A DNA stretch of 64,000 bases from the NCBI GenBank assembly GCA_018433675.1, contig JAHDQS010000002.1:24884-88883 (forward strand), written 5' to 3'. Shown piece by piece: positions 49,940 to 59,789 of the stretch; within the stretch, counting starts at the first letter, position 1; every line of letters begins with the position of its first letter. The notes under the pieces are model-generated. The model was not told the DNA's origin, did not search any database, and saw nothing but the letters and a program-made list of their open reading frames with translations. The translations under genes and the position numbers were made by a program. This DNA comes from Clostridia bacterium. GTDB lineage: Bacteria > Bacillota > Peptococcia > DRI-13 > SM3-B62.

Positions 49940-50428
49940 GTGGTGCGTATTGCTGTTTATCCGGGTACTTTTGATCCTGTGACTAATGGACATATTGATA
50001 TTTTAGAAAGGGCCAGCGGTTTGTTTGATGAGATTATTATCGGCATTGCCGAGGATAATTACAAGAATACCCTCTTCACATTAGAAGAAAGGTTATACTT
50101 GATGAAAGAAAGCGTCGGTCATTTAAAGAATGTCAGTGTGGAGAGTTTTACGGGATTATCTGTAGAGTACGCGGTGAAAAAAAATGCTCAAGCCCTGCTG
50201 AGAGGGCTGAGAGTTGTTTCCGACTTTGAGTACGAAATGCAGGTTGCAACTATAAACAAACATTTGAACGATGAATTGGAAACGGTGTTTTTGATGACGT
50301 CTGATCGCTATGCTTTTTTGAGTTCAAGTATCGTCAAACAGGTAGCGAGTTTGGGCGGCAGGGTGACAGGATTAGTTCCGCCCCTGGTAGAAGAAAGTCT
50401 CAAGAAAAAATATGGTTTATCAGACTAG
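49940..50428 (+). CDS. coaD: Pantetheine-phosphate adenylyltransferase
   Basis: YPGTFDPVTNGH, RGLR..SDFEYE, SSS.VK. Confidence 0.97.
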   Translation: MVRIAVYPGTFDPVTNGHIDILERASGLFDEIIIGIAEDNYKNTLFTLEERLYLMKESVGHLKNVSVESFTGLSVEYAVKKNAQALLRGLRVVSDFEYEMQVATINKHLNDELETVFLMTSDRYAFLSSSIVKQVASLGGRVTGLVPPLVEESLKKKYGLSD

Positions 50429-50439
50429 GAGGGGTATAA

Positions 50440-50673
50440 ATGGCAGAAGATGGTTGCCGCTCTCAGGACGATTATATTATCATCAAGGCCTTGGAAAAAG
50501 GCGTTACTATTATTGGTTTGACGAGGGGAAAGGATACAAAATTTCATCACTCCGAAAAGCTTGATACCGGTGAAGTGATGATAGCCCAATTTACCGAGCA
50601 TACATCGGCTATTAAGATAAGAGGGAAGGCCCGAATCTATTCTAAGCATGGTTCGTTGGATTCAGGGGAATAA
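50440..50673 (+). CDS. mtrB: trp RNA-binding attenuation protein (TRAP)
   Basis: [43 protein letters not shown]. Confidence 0.95.
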   Translation: MAEDGCRSQDDYIIIKALEKGVTIIGLTRGKDTKFHHSEKLDTGEVMIAQFTEHTSAIKIRGKARIYSKHGSLDSGE

Positions 50674-50690
50674 GAAAGGAGGCCGTATTC

Positions 50691-50894
50691 ATGTGGACCG
50701 TTGTTTATATTTGTTCCGGCAGAACATTGGCAGAACAGATAAAACAATTACTTTCTAGCGAAGGAATATTGGTGTCCTTACGTTCGGTAGGTGCTCCTCT
50801 CATGAGCGAAACGGGCTCTTATGAAGTGATGGTCCCTGAATTAGAAGCGGAAGAAGCTCATGAAATTATTAACAACTCCCAGTTATTTGTCTAG
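50691..50894 (+). CDS. Small conserved protein (DUF2007-like)
   Basis: MWTVVYI...L..EGI...YEVMVPE.EAEEA; AAGGAGG RBS. Confidence 0.7.
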   Translation: MWTVVYICSGRTLAEQIKQLLSSEGILVSLRSVGAPLMSETGSYEVMVPELEAEEAHEIINNSQLFV

Positions 50895-50948
50895 ATATCC
50901 CAGTTGTTTACATGAAAACTAATGTATTAATTCAGGAGGTGAAGGAGC

Positions 50949-52715
50949 TTGCCTGCTCCAATTATTAGGAAAACAAAAATTGTATGTACGATAGGCCCTG
51001 CAAGTCAAGAAACAGACACCTTAGAAAAGTTTCTGGTCAACGGTATGAACGTAGCCCGTCTTAATTTTTCACACGGTACTTATGAGGAGCATCGCAGCCG
51101 CATTGCTTCAATCCGCCAGGCTTCGAAAAACACTGGTATACCGGTTGCTATCATGCTTGATACTAAGGGTCCGGAAATAAGGGTGGGCTTTTTTAAAAAT
51201 GGGAGAATAAAGTTGAGCGAGGGAAATGAATTTGTTTTGACGACAAGGCAAATAACAGGGACAGAAAAAGAGGCCTCAGTGAATTATGAAAAGTTGCCTG
51301 AAGATGTGAAGGTAGGGAACCAAGTTCTGTTGGACGATGGGTTGATATCCCTCCGTGTTAAGAAAGTAGAGGGCACGGAAATAATTTGTGAGGTCGAAAA
51401 CGGCGGTGAGCTCAGCGATAGAAAGAAAGTGAACATTCCCGGAGTAAATGTTAATTTACCGGGGCTTACGGAAAAAGACATTGACGATATCAGGCTGGGA
51501 ATTGAAGAGGACGTTGATATCATTGCGGCTTCCTTTATTCGTAACGCCGAAGACGTAATTAATATCAGGAGGGTGTTGGAAAGGTACGATTCCGAAATCA
51601 ATATCATTTCTAAAATTGAAAACCGACAAGGTGTGGAAAATCTGGATGAAATCATCAGAGTCTCCGACGGGATCATGGTGGCACGAGGAGATCTTGGTGT
51701 TGAAATACCTGCAGAAGAGGTCCCGATCGTTCAGAAAAAGCTGATAAGCAGATGTAATACTGCCGGCAAGCCCGTTATTACCGCTACCCAAATGCTGGAA
51801 TCAATGATTAGAAACCCCCGACCGACCAGGGCGGAGGCCAGTGATGTAGCGAATGCCATTTATGACGGTACAGATGCCATTATGCTTTCGGCTGAAACGG
51901 CAACAGGAAAGTATCCGGTAGAAGCCGTGCAGACCATGAGCAGGATTGCTGTAAGGATTGAGGAATCTCTTGATTGGGAGGAATTCAGCAAAAAACGGGC
52001 TTCGACCGTGGCAAAAAGCACCACAGAGGCAATAAGTTATGCTACCTGTGCTTCAGCCCACAGTCTGGGAGCCGCGGCGATAATCACCGCAACAAAGTCC
52101 GGTTCGACCGCACGAATGGTCTCCAAGTATTCACCCAAGGTACCGATCGTTGCGGTAACGCCAAACCAGAAAACGCGGCAACAGCTGCTTCTGGTAAAAG
52201 GGGTATACCCTCTTATTTCGCCGGAAAGCGAAACTACGGATGGAATGATTACGATTGCTGTTGACACGGCGGTTCAGGCCGGGTATGTCAAAAACGGAGA
52301 GCTTGTTGTCATAACTGCTGGAGTCCCAGTGGGAATACCGGGTTCGACAAACCTAATCAAAATCCATACGGTGGGTGAAGTGATTGCCAGGGGAATGGGA
52401 ATCGGCAAAAAACCTGTGGCCGGTAAAGTTGTGATTGCTAAAAAGCCTGCTGAAGCGATAGAAAAGGTGGGTAAAGGGGATATTCTTGTAACCGTATCAG
52501 CCGACAGTGATTTTCTGCCCGCTCTAAAAAAGGCGGCAGCCCTCATTACGGAAGAGGGAGGCCTTACTTCGAATGGAGCGATAATGGGGATTAATCTTGG
52601 CATCGAAGTTATTGTAGGCGTTAAGAATGCCACGGCCAAATTGGAACAGTCGGAGTTGGTTACGGTTGATCCACTGCGAGGGCTGATTTACCGGGGAAAT
52701 GCGAAAGTACTATAG
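50949..52715 (+). CDS. pyk: Pyruvate kinase with C-terminal PEP-utiliser mobile domain
   Basis: RKTKIVCTIGP, ARLNFSHG, DTKGPEIR, KIEN, MVARGDLG, ATQMLESM. Confidence 0.98.
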   Translation: MPAPIIRKTKIVCTIGPASQETDTLEKFLVNGMNVARLNFSHGTYEEHRSRIASIRQASKNTGIPVAIMLDTKGPEIRVGFFKNGRIKLSEGNEFVLTTRQITGTEKEASVNYEKLPEDVKVGNQVLLDDGLISLRVKKVEGTEIICEVENGGELSDRKKVNIPGVNVNLPGLTEKDIDDIRLGIEEDVDIIAASFIRNAEDVINIRRVLERYDSEINIISKIENRQGVENLDEIIRVSDGIMVARGDLGVEIPAEEVPIVQKKLISRCNTAGKPVITATQMLESMIRNPRPTRAEASDVANAIYDGTDAIMLSAETATGKYPVEAVQTMSRIAVRIEESLDWEEFSKKRASTVAKSTTEAISYATCASAHSLGAAAIITATKSGSTARMVSKYSPKVPIVAVTPNQKTRQQLLLVKGVYPLISPESETTDGMITIAVDTAVQAGYVKNGELVVITAGVPVGIPGSTNLIKIHTVGEVIARGMGIGKKPVAGKVVIAKKPAEAIEKVGKGDILVTVSADSDFLPALKKAAALITEEGGLTSNGAIMGINLGIEVIVGVKNATAKLEQSELVTVDPLRGLIYRGNAKVL

Positions 52716-52738
52716 CAAAAGAGAGGTGAAGCCCTGTC

Positions 52739-53065
52739 ATGATCTATAACTCCCGCTTGAAAAGTGAAATACTGGATAGACTTTTTGAGGCGATCCTGCT
52801 GTTGGAAACGAAAGAGGAATGCTACAGGTTTTTTGAGGATATCTGTACTATTGGCGAGATCAAGACAATTGCCCAACGGTGGGAGGTTGCCAAGATGTTG
52901 GATCAAAACCAGACCTATACCGATATCGTTGAGAAATCCGGGGCCAGTACCGCTACGGTCAGCAGGGTCAAGCGCAGTCTCTTTTTCGGAGCCGATGGCT
53001 ATAGGTTGGTTCTCAACCGGCTTCAGGAAAGGAAAGAGGAAACAAGGGAAAATGAAACCGAATAA
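52739..53065 (+). CDS. yerC: YerC/YecD TrpR-like regulator (HisR)
   Basis: LFEAIL.L...EECYRFFEDICT..E....QR, GASTATVSRV; immediately upstream of his operon. Confidence 0.9.
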   Translation: MIYNSRLKSEILDRLFEAILLLETKEECYRFFEDICTIGEIKTIAQRWEVAKMLDQNQTYTDIVEKSGASTATVSRVKRSLFFGADGYRLVLNRLQERKEETRENETE

Positions 53066-53141
53066 GAATGAATAAATATTCGTTACATGATAGGTCGGCA
53101 GTATTTCCGGCCTGTTGTTTTTGCCTGGGGGAAATTACTGC

Positions 53142-53225
53142 TTGACAAATCATTTTTCAATTCATACAATTACTATATTATTGTGTTAACATATTAGCGA
53201 ATTATCACTTTAAAATGCTAAAGAG
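53142..53225 (+). promoter_or_regulatory. his operon promoter and HisR-type operator
   Basis: TTGACA-17-TACAAT (53142-53170); CACTTTA-N6-TAAAGAG palindrome at 53206-53225. Confidence 0.75.
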
Positions 53226-53233
53226 ACGAAGGT

Positions 53234-54430
53234 GTGATCGTATTGAAAAACGGCAATAACTTAAAAATACCGGCAGGTATGCGTGACTGGCTTCCCGGTG
53301 AGGCTGAAAGAAGAAGACACCTGATCAACCGCATCATGGAGAAAATATCATTATGGGGTTACCGGGAGATAGCAACGCCTCTGCTGGAATATTGCCATAT
53401 ACTTACTAAAGGAGAAAAACAGACAGGTGACGATCAGTTATATAAGCTGGTAGACCGTGACGGAAGTGTCTTAGCACTTAGACCGGAGATGACGATCCCT
53501 ATCGCTCGGGTACTGGGCAGCAAAAAACTATCTACTGTTCCGTTGAGGCTGATGTACGGTGGGCAGGTCTTCAGATATGAAAACGTACAAGCAGGAAGGC
53601 TCCGAGAATTCAATCAGGTTGGAGTAGAATTGATTGGTGAAAAAGGGCCTGAAGCCGATGGGGAAATCCTGGCTCTGGTCATTGAAGCACTCAAGTGCAT
53701 CGGTTTAAAGGAGTTTACGGTGAGTTTAGGACACACCGGGGTATTGGAAGGCTTGCAGGAAGGATTATCTTGGAGGGAAGAAGACCTGGATGAATTGAGA
53801 AGCCTTATTCTGGAAAAGGATTTTGCCGGGTTATGCCATCTCTTTGAGAAGGCGGGAATGCAAGCAAAAAAACAGGAGGAATTGATTCGACTGTTGACCC
53901 ATCCCGTTCCACTGGAGAGAATAAACGAAATCAATGGGGGGTTGCCCGAGGGTATAGAGAGGGCCTTAAATGAGTTAAAGCGTATGGCAGAAGTACTCGG
54001 TTTGTATGGCTATGAGTCCTACATTCAGGTGGATTTAAGCACTTTACGGCGACAGGCCTATTATTCTGGTATGGTGTTTGAGATATATACGGCAGGACTG
54101 GGATATCCCATTGGCGGCGGAGGACGTTACGATAATCTGCTGCAGCTGTTTGGCAAGAAATGTCCGGCAACAGGGTTTGCCCTGGGGATTGAAAGGCTGC
54201 TTTTGAGTCTGCAGGAGGAGGATGCCGGAGAAAAAACCATTTTATTAGCCGGCACCGGTGATGAAAAGGACAGGAAGGCTATGGTCGAAAAGGCCCGACA
54301 GCTGCGAGTACAGGGGAATGCCGCTGTAGTCAGCCTTACGGCAAGTGACAAAGAAGAAGCGGAAAGGCATGCGGTTCGCATAAATGCTGAGCTTATCTGG
54401 TATAAGGGAGGAAGCAATGATGAAATTTAA
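53234..54430 (+). CDS. hisZ: ATP phosphoribosyltransferase regulatory subunit
   Basis: P.GMRD.LP, LRPEMT.PIAR, REF.QVGVE, YYSG, GGGRYD. Confidence 0.95.
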   Translation: MIVLKNGNNLKIPAGMRDWLPGEAERRRHLINRIMEKISLWGYREIATPLLEYCHILTKGEKQTGDDQLYKLVDRDGSVLALRPEMTIPIARVLGSKKLSTVPLRLMYGGQVFRYENVQAGRLREFNQVGVELIGEKGPEADGEILALVIEALKCIGLKEFTVSLGHTGVLEGLQEGLSWREEDLDELRSLILEKDFAGLCHLFEKAGMQAKKQEELIRLLTHPVPLERINEINGGLPEGIERALNELKRMAEVLGLYGYESYIQVDLSTLRRQAYYSGMVFEIYTAGLGYPIGGGGRYDNLLQLFGKKCPATGFALGIERLLLSLQEEDAGEKTILLAGTGDEKDRKAMVEKARQLRVQGNAAVVSLTASDKEEAERHAVRINAELIWYKGGSNDEI

Positions 54431-55064
54431 TCTTACGATAGCCCTGCCCAAAGGTAAGCTGTTTGAGCCCAGCATTGATATCCTAAGCAAAGTAGGATTT
54501 AATACCGAAGGCTTTTCCGATAAGTCACGTACCCTGGTGTTTATGGATGAGGCAAAAAAGATACGGTTTATTGTCTGCCGCCCCACAGATATTCCTACTT
54601 ATGTCGAGCACGGAGCTGCTGACCTGGGATTTGTCGGTAAGGACAGCATTGTTGAGGCCGGAAAAGACCTGTATGAGATGGTTGATTTGAAATATGGGTT
54701 CTGCCGTTTTGTGGTGGCGGCACCGAGGAAAAGACTTGATGACGCCGGAGAATTCCCTTGGAAACAGGGAATTCGTATCGCCACAAAATTTCCTGCTATT
54801 GCCGGAGAATACCTGAGCAAAAAGGGATTGCAGGGAGAGATAATCAAGCTGCACGGTAATATTGAGCTTGCTCCCTGTGTAGGGCTTGCGGAGCTTATTG
54901 TAGATATAGTGTCTACGGGTAAGACCTTGAAAGAAAATGATCTCGTCCCCTTGGAAGAGATTGGTCAGGCCTCGGCGCGTCTCATCGTCAATAGGGCCAG
55001 TTATCGCTTGAAGGCCGCAGAAATCAATGATCTTGTCGATAGGATTAAACAGTTGGTGGGATAA
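54417..55064 (+). CDS. hisG: ATP phosphoribosyltransferase (short form)
   Basis: IALPKG, DIPTYVE.G.ADLG, ATKFP, ELAP..GLA..IVDIVSTG.TL; start reassigned after GGAGG. Confidence 0.96.
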   Translation: MMKFNLTIALPKGKLFEPSIDILSKVGFNTEGFSDKSRTLVFMDEAKKIRFIVCRPTDIPTYVEHGAADLGFVGKDSIVEAGKDLYEMVDLKYGFCRFVVAAPRKRLDDAGEFPWKQGIRIATKFPAIAGEYLSKKGLQGEIIKLHGNIELAPCVGLAELIVDIVSTGKTLKENDLVPLEEIGQASARLIVNRASYRLKAAEINDLVDRIKQLVG

Positions 55065-55080
55065 AGGGGGTGTGAAGGTA

Positions 55081-56373
55081 TTGTTGAAAAGATACGAATG
55101 GCCCTCGGAGGAAGCCCGCGCGAGGATAAAAACTTCTTTTTTCGAGGATGGGAAAATATGGAACGCAGTCAGCGAAATCGTGGAAAGAGTCAAAAAAGAC
55201 CAAGACAAAGCCTTGCTAGAGTATACAGCCTCCTTTGATGAGTGTGTGCTTAATGAGGGGGATCTGCGGATCAAAGATGAGGAGATTGAAAAGGCCTATG
55301 GCAAGGTTGAAAAGGGATTTATCGAGGCCTTGCGGCAGGCTAAGGATAACATACTACGGTTTCATTCCATGCAAAAAAGTAAGAACTGGTTCGATCAGGA
55401 TAAACAAGGTTCGATTGTCGGACAGCTTATCGAGCCTTTGGAAAGGGTCGGTCTTTACATACCGGGCGGTACCGCCAATTATCCGTCTTCCGTTTTGATG
55501 ACCTGCCTGCCGGCTGTTGTGGCGGGTGTTGAAGAAATTGTCATGGTGACGCCTCCCGGGAAGAATAAGGAAGTGCCAGCGGCAACGTTGGTGGCAGCAA
55601 AGGAAGCCGGTGTTGACGAGATTTATCGTGTAGGCGGGGCTCAGGCCATAGCCGCTCTTGCCTATGGGACAAAGACCATTAAGCCCGTCGATAAGATAGT
55701 GGGGCCGGGCAATGCTTTTGTGACCCTGGCCAAGAAGATGGTATTTGGGCAAGTTGGTATTGATATGCTGGCCGGTCCCAGCGAAATTGTGGTGATTGGT
55801 GATGGAAGCATAGACCCGGCATATGCGGCTGCTGATTTATTATCACAGGCCGAGCATGATTCTCATGCCCGAGCTATCTTGGTAACACCCGATAGCCGTT
55901 GGGCACAGCAGGTCATTACCGAGGTGGACGTGCAGTTGACAAAACTGGCACGCCGTGAAACAGCTGTGGAAGCACTGGAAAAATACGGAGCAGTAATAGT
56001 GGTGAAAGACCTGGCGGAAGCCCTGGAGGTGGCGAATTTCATTGCTCCGGAGCATTTGGAACTGCTGGTTTGTGAGCCGTGGAACTGTTTAGCCCAAATC
56101 AGGCATGCGGGGGCAATCTTTTTAGGGCCTTATTCTCCGGAGCCCTTAGGTGATTACTGGGCTGGTCCGAATCATGTTTTGCCCACCGGTGGTTCGGCTC
56201 GTTTCAGCTCGCCTCTTACGGTGGATGATTTTTGCAAACGTTCAAGTCTAATCAATTACAGTAGAGAAGGACTATTGCAAGCGGTCGGACCGGTATCGGT
56301 GCTGACAAAAGCCGAAGGTCTGGCGGCTCACGGTGTTGCTCTGACAATACGTTGTGAAAAAGAGGAGGTATGA
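55081..56373 (+). CDS. hisD: Histidinol dehydrogenase
   Basis: GLYIPGG, GGAQAIAALAYGT, GPGN, AGPSE, SQAEHD, APEHL; start reassigned to TTG 55081 after GGGGGTG. Confidence 0.96.
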   Translation: MLKRYEWPSEEARARIKTSFFEDGKIWNAVSEIVERVKKDQDKALLEYTASFDECVLNEGDLRIKDEEIEKAYGKVEKGFIEALRQAKDNILRFHSMQKSKNWFDQDKQGSIVGQLIEPLERVGLYIPGGTANYPSSVLMTCLPAVVAGVEEIVMVTPPGKNKEVPAATLVAAKEAGVDEIYRVGGAQAIAALAYGTKTIKPVDKIVGPGNAFVTLAKKMVFGQVGIDMLAGPSEIVVIGDGSIDPAYAAADLLSQAEHDSHARAILVTPDSRWAQQVITEVDVQLTKLARRETAVEALEKYGAVIVVKDLAEALEVANFIAPEHLELLVCEPWNCLAQIRHAGAIFLGPYSPEPLGDYWAGPNHVLPTGGSARFSSPLTVDDFCKRSSLINYSREGLLQAVGPVSVLTKAEGLAAHGVALTIRCEKEEV

Positions 56374-56954
56374 GAATGCGTAAAGGCATGGTGGCAAGAA
56401 AGACCAGCGAAACCGATATCAAGCTGAGCCTTTGCCTGGAAGGGGATGGAAACTTACAGGGCGATAGCGGCAGCGGTTTTCTGAATCACATGCTGCAGCA
56501 ATTGGTTAAGCACGGTGGATTCAATCTGCAGATGGAGGTACAGGGTGATTACGAGGTAGACAACCATCATACGGTGGAAGACATCGGATTGTGCTTAGGT
56601 AAGGCTTTCTTTGAGGCGCTGGGGGACAAGAAGGGGATAGCACGCTATGCCTCGTTGGCACTGCCTCTTGATGAGGCCCTGGTGCTGTGTGTTGTAGATG
56701 TCAGCGGTCGGCCCGGTTTGTTTTATGACGTCGATTTTACAACGGAAAAAATCGGGGAGTTTGAAACGGAATTGGTGCAAGTTTTCTGGCAAGCCTTTGC
56801 GATTGAGGCTAGGGTTACCTTGCATATTCGCAAACTTGCCGGGGAGAATTCCCACCATCTTGCCGAGGCTGTGTTTAAAGGAATGGCCAGAGTCTTAAAA
56901 AGTGCTGTGAAGATTGAGAGTAAAGATATACCCTCATCCAAGGGGGTACTGTGA
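56370..56954 (+). CDS. hisB: Imidazoleglycerol-phosphate dehydratase
   Basis: R.T.ET, HHTVED, NSHHLAEA.FK, PSSKGVL. Confidence 0.97.
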   Translation: MRMRKGMVARKTSETDIKLSLCLEGDGNLQGDSGSGFLNHMLQQLVKHGGFNLQMEVQGDYEVDNHHTVEDIGLCLGKAFFEALGDKKGIARYASLALPLDEALVLCVVDVSGRPGLFYDVDFTTEKIGEFETELVQVFWQAFAIEARVTLHIRKLAGENSHHLAEAVFKGMARVLKSAVKIESKDIPSSKGVL

Positions 56955-57584
56955 TTGAAGACAGTAGTGCTTGACTATGGAGTGGGGAATCTGGCAAGTG
57001 TGTCTCAGGGACTCGAACACGCCGGTCTTAAACCCCTGGTCACAAACAATAAAGAAGAAATATTGCGGGCTAAAGCAATTGTCCTGCCGGGGGTAGGGGC
57101 ATTTCCCCAGGGAATGGAGAACCTGCAGAAATTTGGCTTGTTGCCGGTTATCAAGCAAGCGGTTGCGGCAGGGACTCCTTTTCTGGGCATTTGCTTGGGG
57201 ATGCAGCTGCTTTTTGAAGAAAGCGATGAATACGGCAGACATCAAGGGTTGGGGTTTCTCCCCGGTCGAGTCGGACGGTTTCCTCCCGGCCTTAAGGTGC
57301 CCCACATGGGCTGGAATACGTTGTTGCCCAGCGGCGAACATCCCTTGCTTAAAGGTATCAAGAAGGAAAGCTATGTATATTTTGTTCATTCGTACCGGGC
57401 GTGTGGTTGTGATCCGTCACAAATAGTAGCCAGTACGATTTATGGGGTAGAATTTCCGGCGATTGTGTGTTTTAATAACATCGTGGGAACTCAGTTTCAT
57501 CCGGAAAAAAGCAGTAGGATCGGGCTGACAATATTGAGAAATTTTAGGGAGATGGTCGACAATGGAGGTAATCCCAGCCATTGA
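56955..57584 (+). CDS. hisH: Imidazole glycerol phosphate synthase, glutaminase subunit
   Basis: DYG.GN, PGVG, GICLGMQ, HMGWN, YFVHSY, QFHPEKS. Confidence 0.97.
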   Translation: MKTVVLDYGVGNLASVSQGLEHAGLKPLVTNNKEEILRAKAIVLPGVGAFPQGMENLQKFGLLPVIKQAVAAGTPFLGICLGMQLLFEESDEYGRHQGLGFLPGRVGRFPPGLKVPHMGWNTLLPSGEHPLLKGIKKESYVYFVHSYRACGCDPSQIVASTIYGVEFPAIVCFNNIVGTQFHPEKSSRIGLTILRNFREMVDNGGNPSH

Positions 57585-58287
57585 CTTAAGGGATGGCAGC
57601 TGTGTACGCCTGGTACAGGGTGAGTTAGGCACGGAAACTATTTATTCGGACGAGCCGGTGGAAATGGCTCGGCGTTGGGAAAGGATGGGAGCCTCGAGAC
57701 TGCATGTAGTCGATTTAGATGGCGCTTTTACCGGTTCTCCGCAAAACCTTGATGTTATCAAGGACATGCTGGAAGCGGTAAAGATACCTTTGCAGGTAGG
57801 CGGAGGCATTCGTACCATGGAAACCGTCAAAGAGGTTTTGGACATTGGAGTAGACAGGGTTATTCTTGGAACCGCCGCTATTCTTTCTCCGGAGCTCGTT
57901 GCGCAGTGCTGCGGGGAATATGGGGAGAGAATTGTCGTGGGGATTGACGGAAAGAACGGGCTGGTAGCCATCGAGGGCTGGGAAGCTACGGTGGAGATGA
58001 CTATAGAAAAGCTAGCCATGAAAATTCGGGAACTTGGTATAAAAAGGGTTATATTTACTGATACCAGGCGTGACGGAACGTTACGCGGGCCTAATATGGA
58101 AGCAACGAAAGGGCTTGCCGAGGCAAGTGGTTTAAAGGTAATAGCGTCCGGTGGTGTATCTTCGTTGGACGACTTACGCGCCTTAAAGTCTCTTAAGAAA
58201 TATGGAGTCGAGGGTGTGATTATGGGTAAAGCTTTGTATTCAGGGGCGATTAGCCTGTCAGATGCCCTAAAGGTGATGGAGGGTTAG
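57562..58287 (+). CDS. hisA: ProFAR isomerase
   Basis: [40 protein letters not shown]. Confidence 0.97.
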   Translation: MEVIPAIDLRDGSCVRLVQGELGTETIYSDEPVEMARRWERMGASRLHVVDLDGAFTGSPQNLDVIKDMLEAVKIPLQVGGGIRTMETVKEVLDIGVDRVILGTAAILSPELVAQCCGEYGERIVVGIDGKNGLVAIEGWEATVEMTIEKLAMKIRELGIKRVIFTDTRRDGTLRGPNMEATKGLAEASGLKVIASGGVSSLDDLRALKSLKKYGVEGVIMGKALYSGAISLSDALKVMEG

Positions 58288-58291
58288 CTTA

Positions 58292-59050
58292 ATGCTTGCA
58301 AAACGGATTATTCCATGTTTGGATGTAAACAAGGGTCGTGTGGTTAAGGGTACAAAATTCATTAACCTGATTGATGCCGGCGATCCCGTCGAGCTGGCGG
58401 AGTATTACGACAAAGCCGGAGCCGACGAGTTAGTATTCCTTGATATTACCGCATCGGCTGAGGACAGGGATACTATAATTGACGTTGTGTCACAAGTGGC
58501 CGAAAAGGTATTTATTCCTTTCACGGTGGGCGGAGGTATCCGTACAGTCGAAGACATGAAAAAAATACTAAAGGCCGGAGCCGACAAGGTTGCCATCAAT
58601 ACGGCCGCTGTTTTGAATCCTGAGCTGATTAAAGAAGGTGCTGAACATTTTGGCAGCCAGTGTATCATTGTTGCCGTGGATGCTCGGCAAAGGGGAGAGG
58701 ATAGCTGGGAAGTATATACTCACGGCGGTCGCAAATCCACAGGTATTGATGTTGTCGATTGGGTCAAACAGGCCGAGTCCTTAGGAGCAGGAGAAATACT
58801 GTTGACCAGCATGGACCGGGACGGAACAAAAGATGGCTATGATATTGCTCTTACCCGAACCGTGAGCCGGGCTGTCAATATTCCGGTAATAGCTTCCGGG
58901 GGAATCGGCGACAAAGAGCATTTTTACGAAGGTGCCGAATTTGGTGAGGCTGACGGATTGTTGGCGGCCTCTATTTTCCATTTCAATGAAATGACGATTA
59001 AAGAGGTCAAAGAATATCTCCATTACAAGGGAGTTGTTGTCAGGTTATGA
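58292..59050 (+). CDS. hisF: Imidazole glycerol phosphate synthase, cyclase subunit
   Basis: [33 protein letters not shown]. Confidence 0.98.
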   Translation: MLAKRIIPCLDVNKGRVVKGTKFINLIDAGDPVELAEYYDKAGADELVFLDITASAEDRDTIIDVVSQVAEKVFIPFTVGGGIRTVEDMKKILKAGADKVAINTAAVLNPELIKEGAEHFGSQCIIVAVDARQRGEDSWEVYTHGGRKSTGIDVVDWVKQAESLGAGEILLTSMDRDGTKDGYDIALTRTVSRAVNIPVIASGGIGDKEHFYEGAEFGEADGLLAASIFHFNEMTIKEVKEYLHYKGVVVRL

Positions 59051-59682
59051 TGGTAACCTCGGATAAGATAGAAACATTAAAGTTTGACGATAAGGGTTTG
59101 ATACCGGCCGTTGTCCAGGATGTGAAAAGCGGTACGGTTTTGATGGTTGCCTATATGAACAGGGAGGCCTTAGAAAAAACCTTGGCGGACGGCAGGACCT
59201 GGTTTTTCAGCCGCAGCAGGCAATCCCTTTGGGCCAAGGGTGAGACCTCGGGTCATATCCAAAAGGTGGCTGGTATCTATTACGACTGTGATGCCGATAC
59301 TCTGCTGGTTCAAGTGCATCAGACCGGGGTGGCTTGCCACGAAGGGAATTTTTCTTGCTTTTCCAGATCCTTGGTAGAGAATGAAGAAACCGTATCTTTT
59401 GATTGGGCGGTGCTTTCCTACCTGGAGACTCTGATTAAGGAGAGGAAGGAAAAGCTGCCCGAAGGGTCTTATACTACATATTTATTCGAGAAAGGCATCG
59501 ACAAGATCTTAAAGAAGGTGGGAGAAGAAGCCACGGAGGTCGTTATTGCGGCCAAAGGCGGGAAAGAAGAGGAAATCGTTTACGAAACAGCGGACTTATT
59601 CTATCATATACTGGTGCTTTTGCGAGACTGTGAGATCGACTTAAAGGACATCTGGCAAGAACTTTTTAAGAGGCATAAATAA
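59047..59682 (+). CDS. hisIE: Bifunctional PR-AMP cyclohydrolase/PR-ATP pyrophosphatase
   Basis: [32 protein letters not shown]. Confidence 0.96.
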   Translation: MMVTSDKIETLKFDDKGLIPAVVQDVKSGTVLMVAYMNREALEKTLADGRTWFFSRSRQSLWAKGETSGHIQKVAGIYYDCDADTLLVQVHQTGVACHEGNFSCFSRSLVENEETVSFDWAVLSYLETLIKERKEKLPEGSYTTYLFEKGIDKILKKVGEEATEVVIAAKGGKEEEIVYETADLFYHILVLLRDCEIDLKDIWQELFKRHK

Positions 59683-59708
59683 ATATATTATTTAGAAACC
59701 GTGCATTT

Positions 59709-59748
59709 AATCCAAGCGGTGGCCTTTTTTAAGCCGTCGCTTGGATTT
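59709..59748. terminator. Terminator between convergent hisIE and ATPase genes
   Basis: AATCCAAGCGGTGGC...GCCGTCGCTTGGATT. Confidence 0.65.
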
Positions 59749-59789
59749 ATATATTCTTCCTGCATGTCGAGGCGAACTGACGCCTGCAT

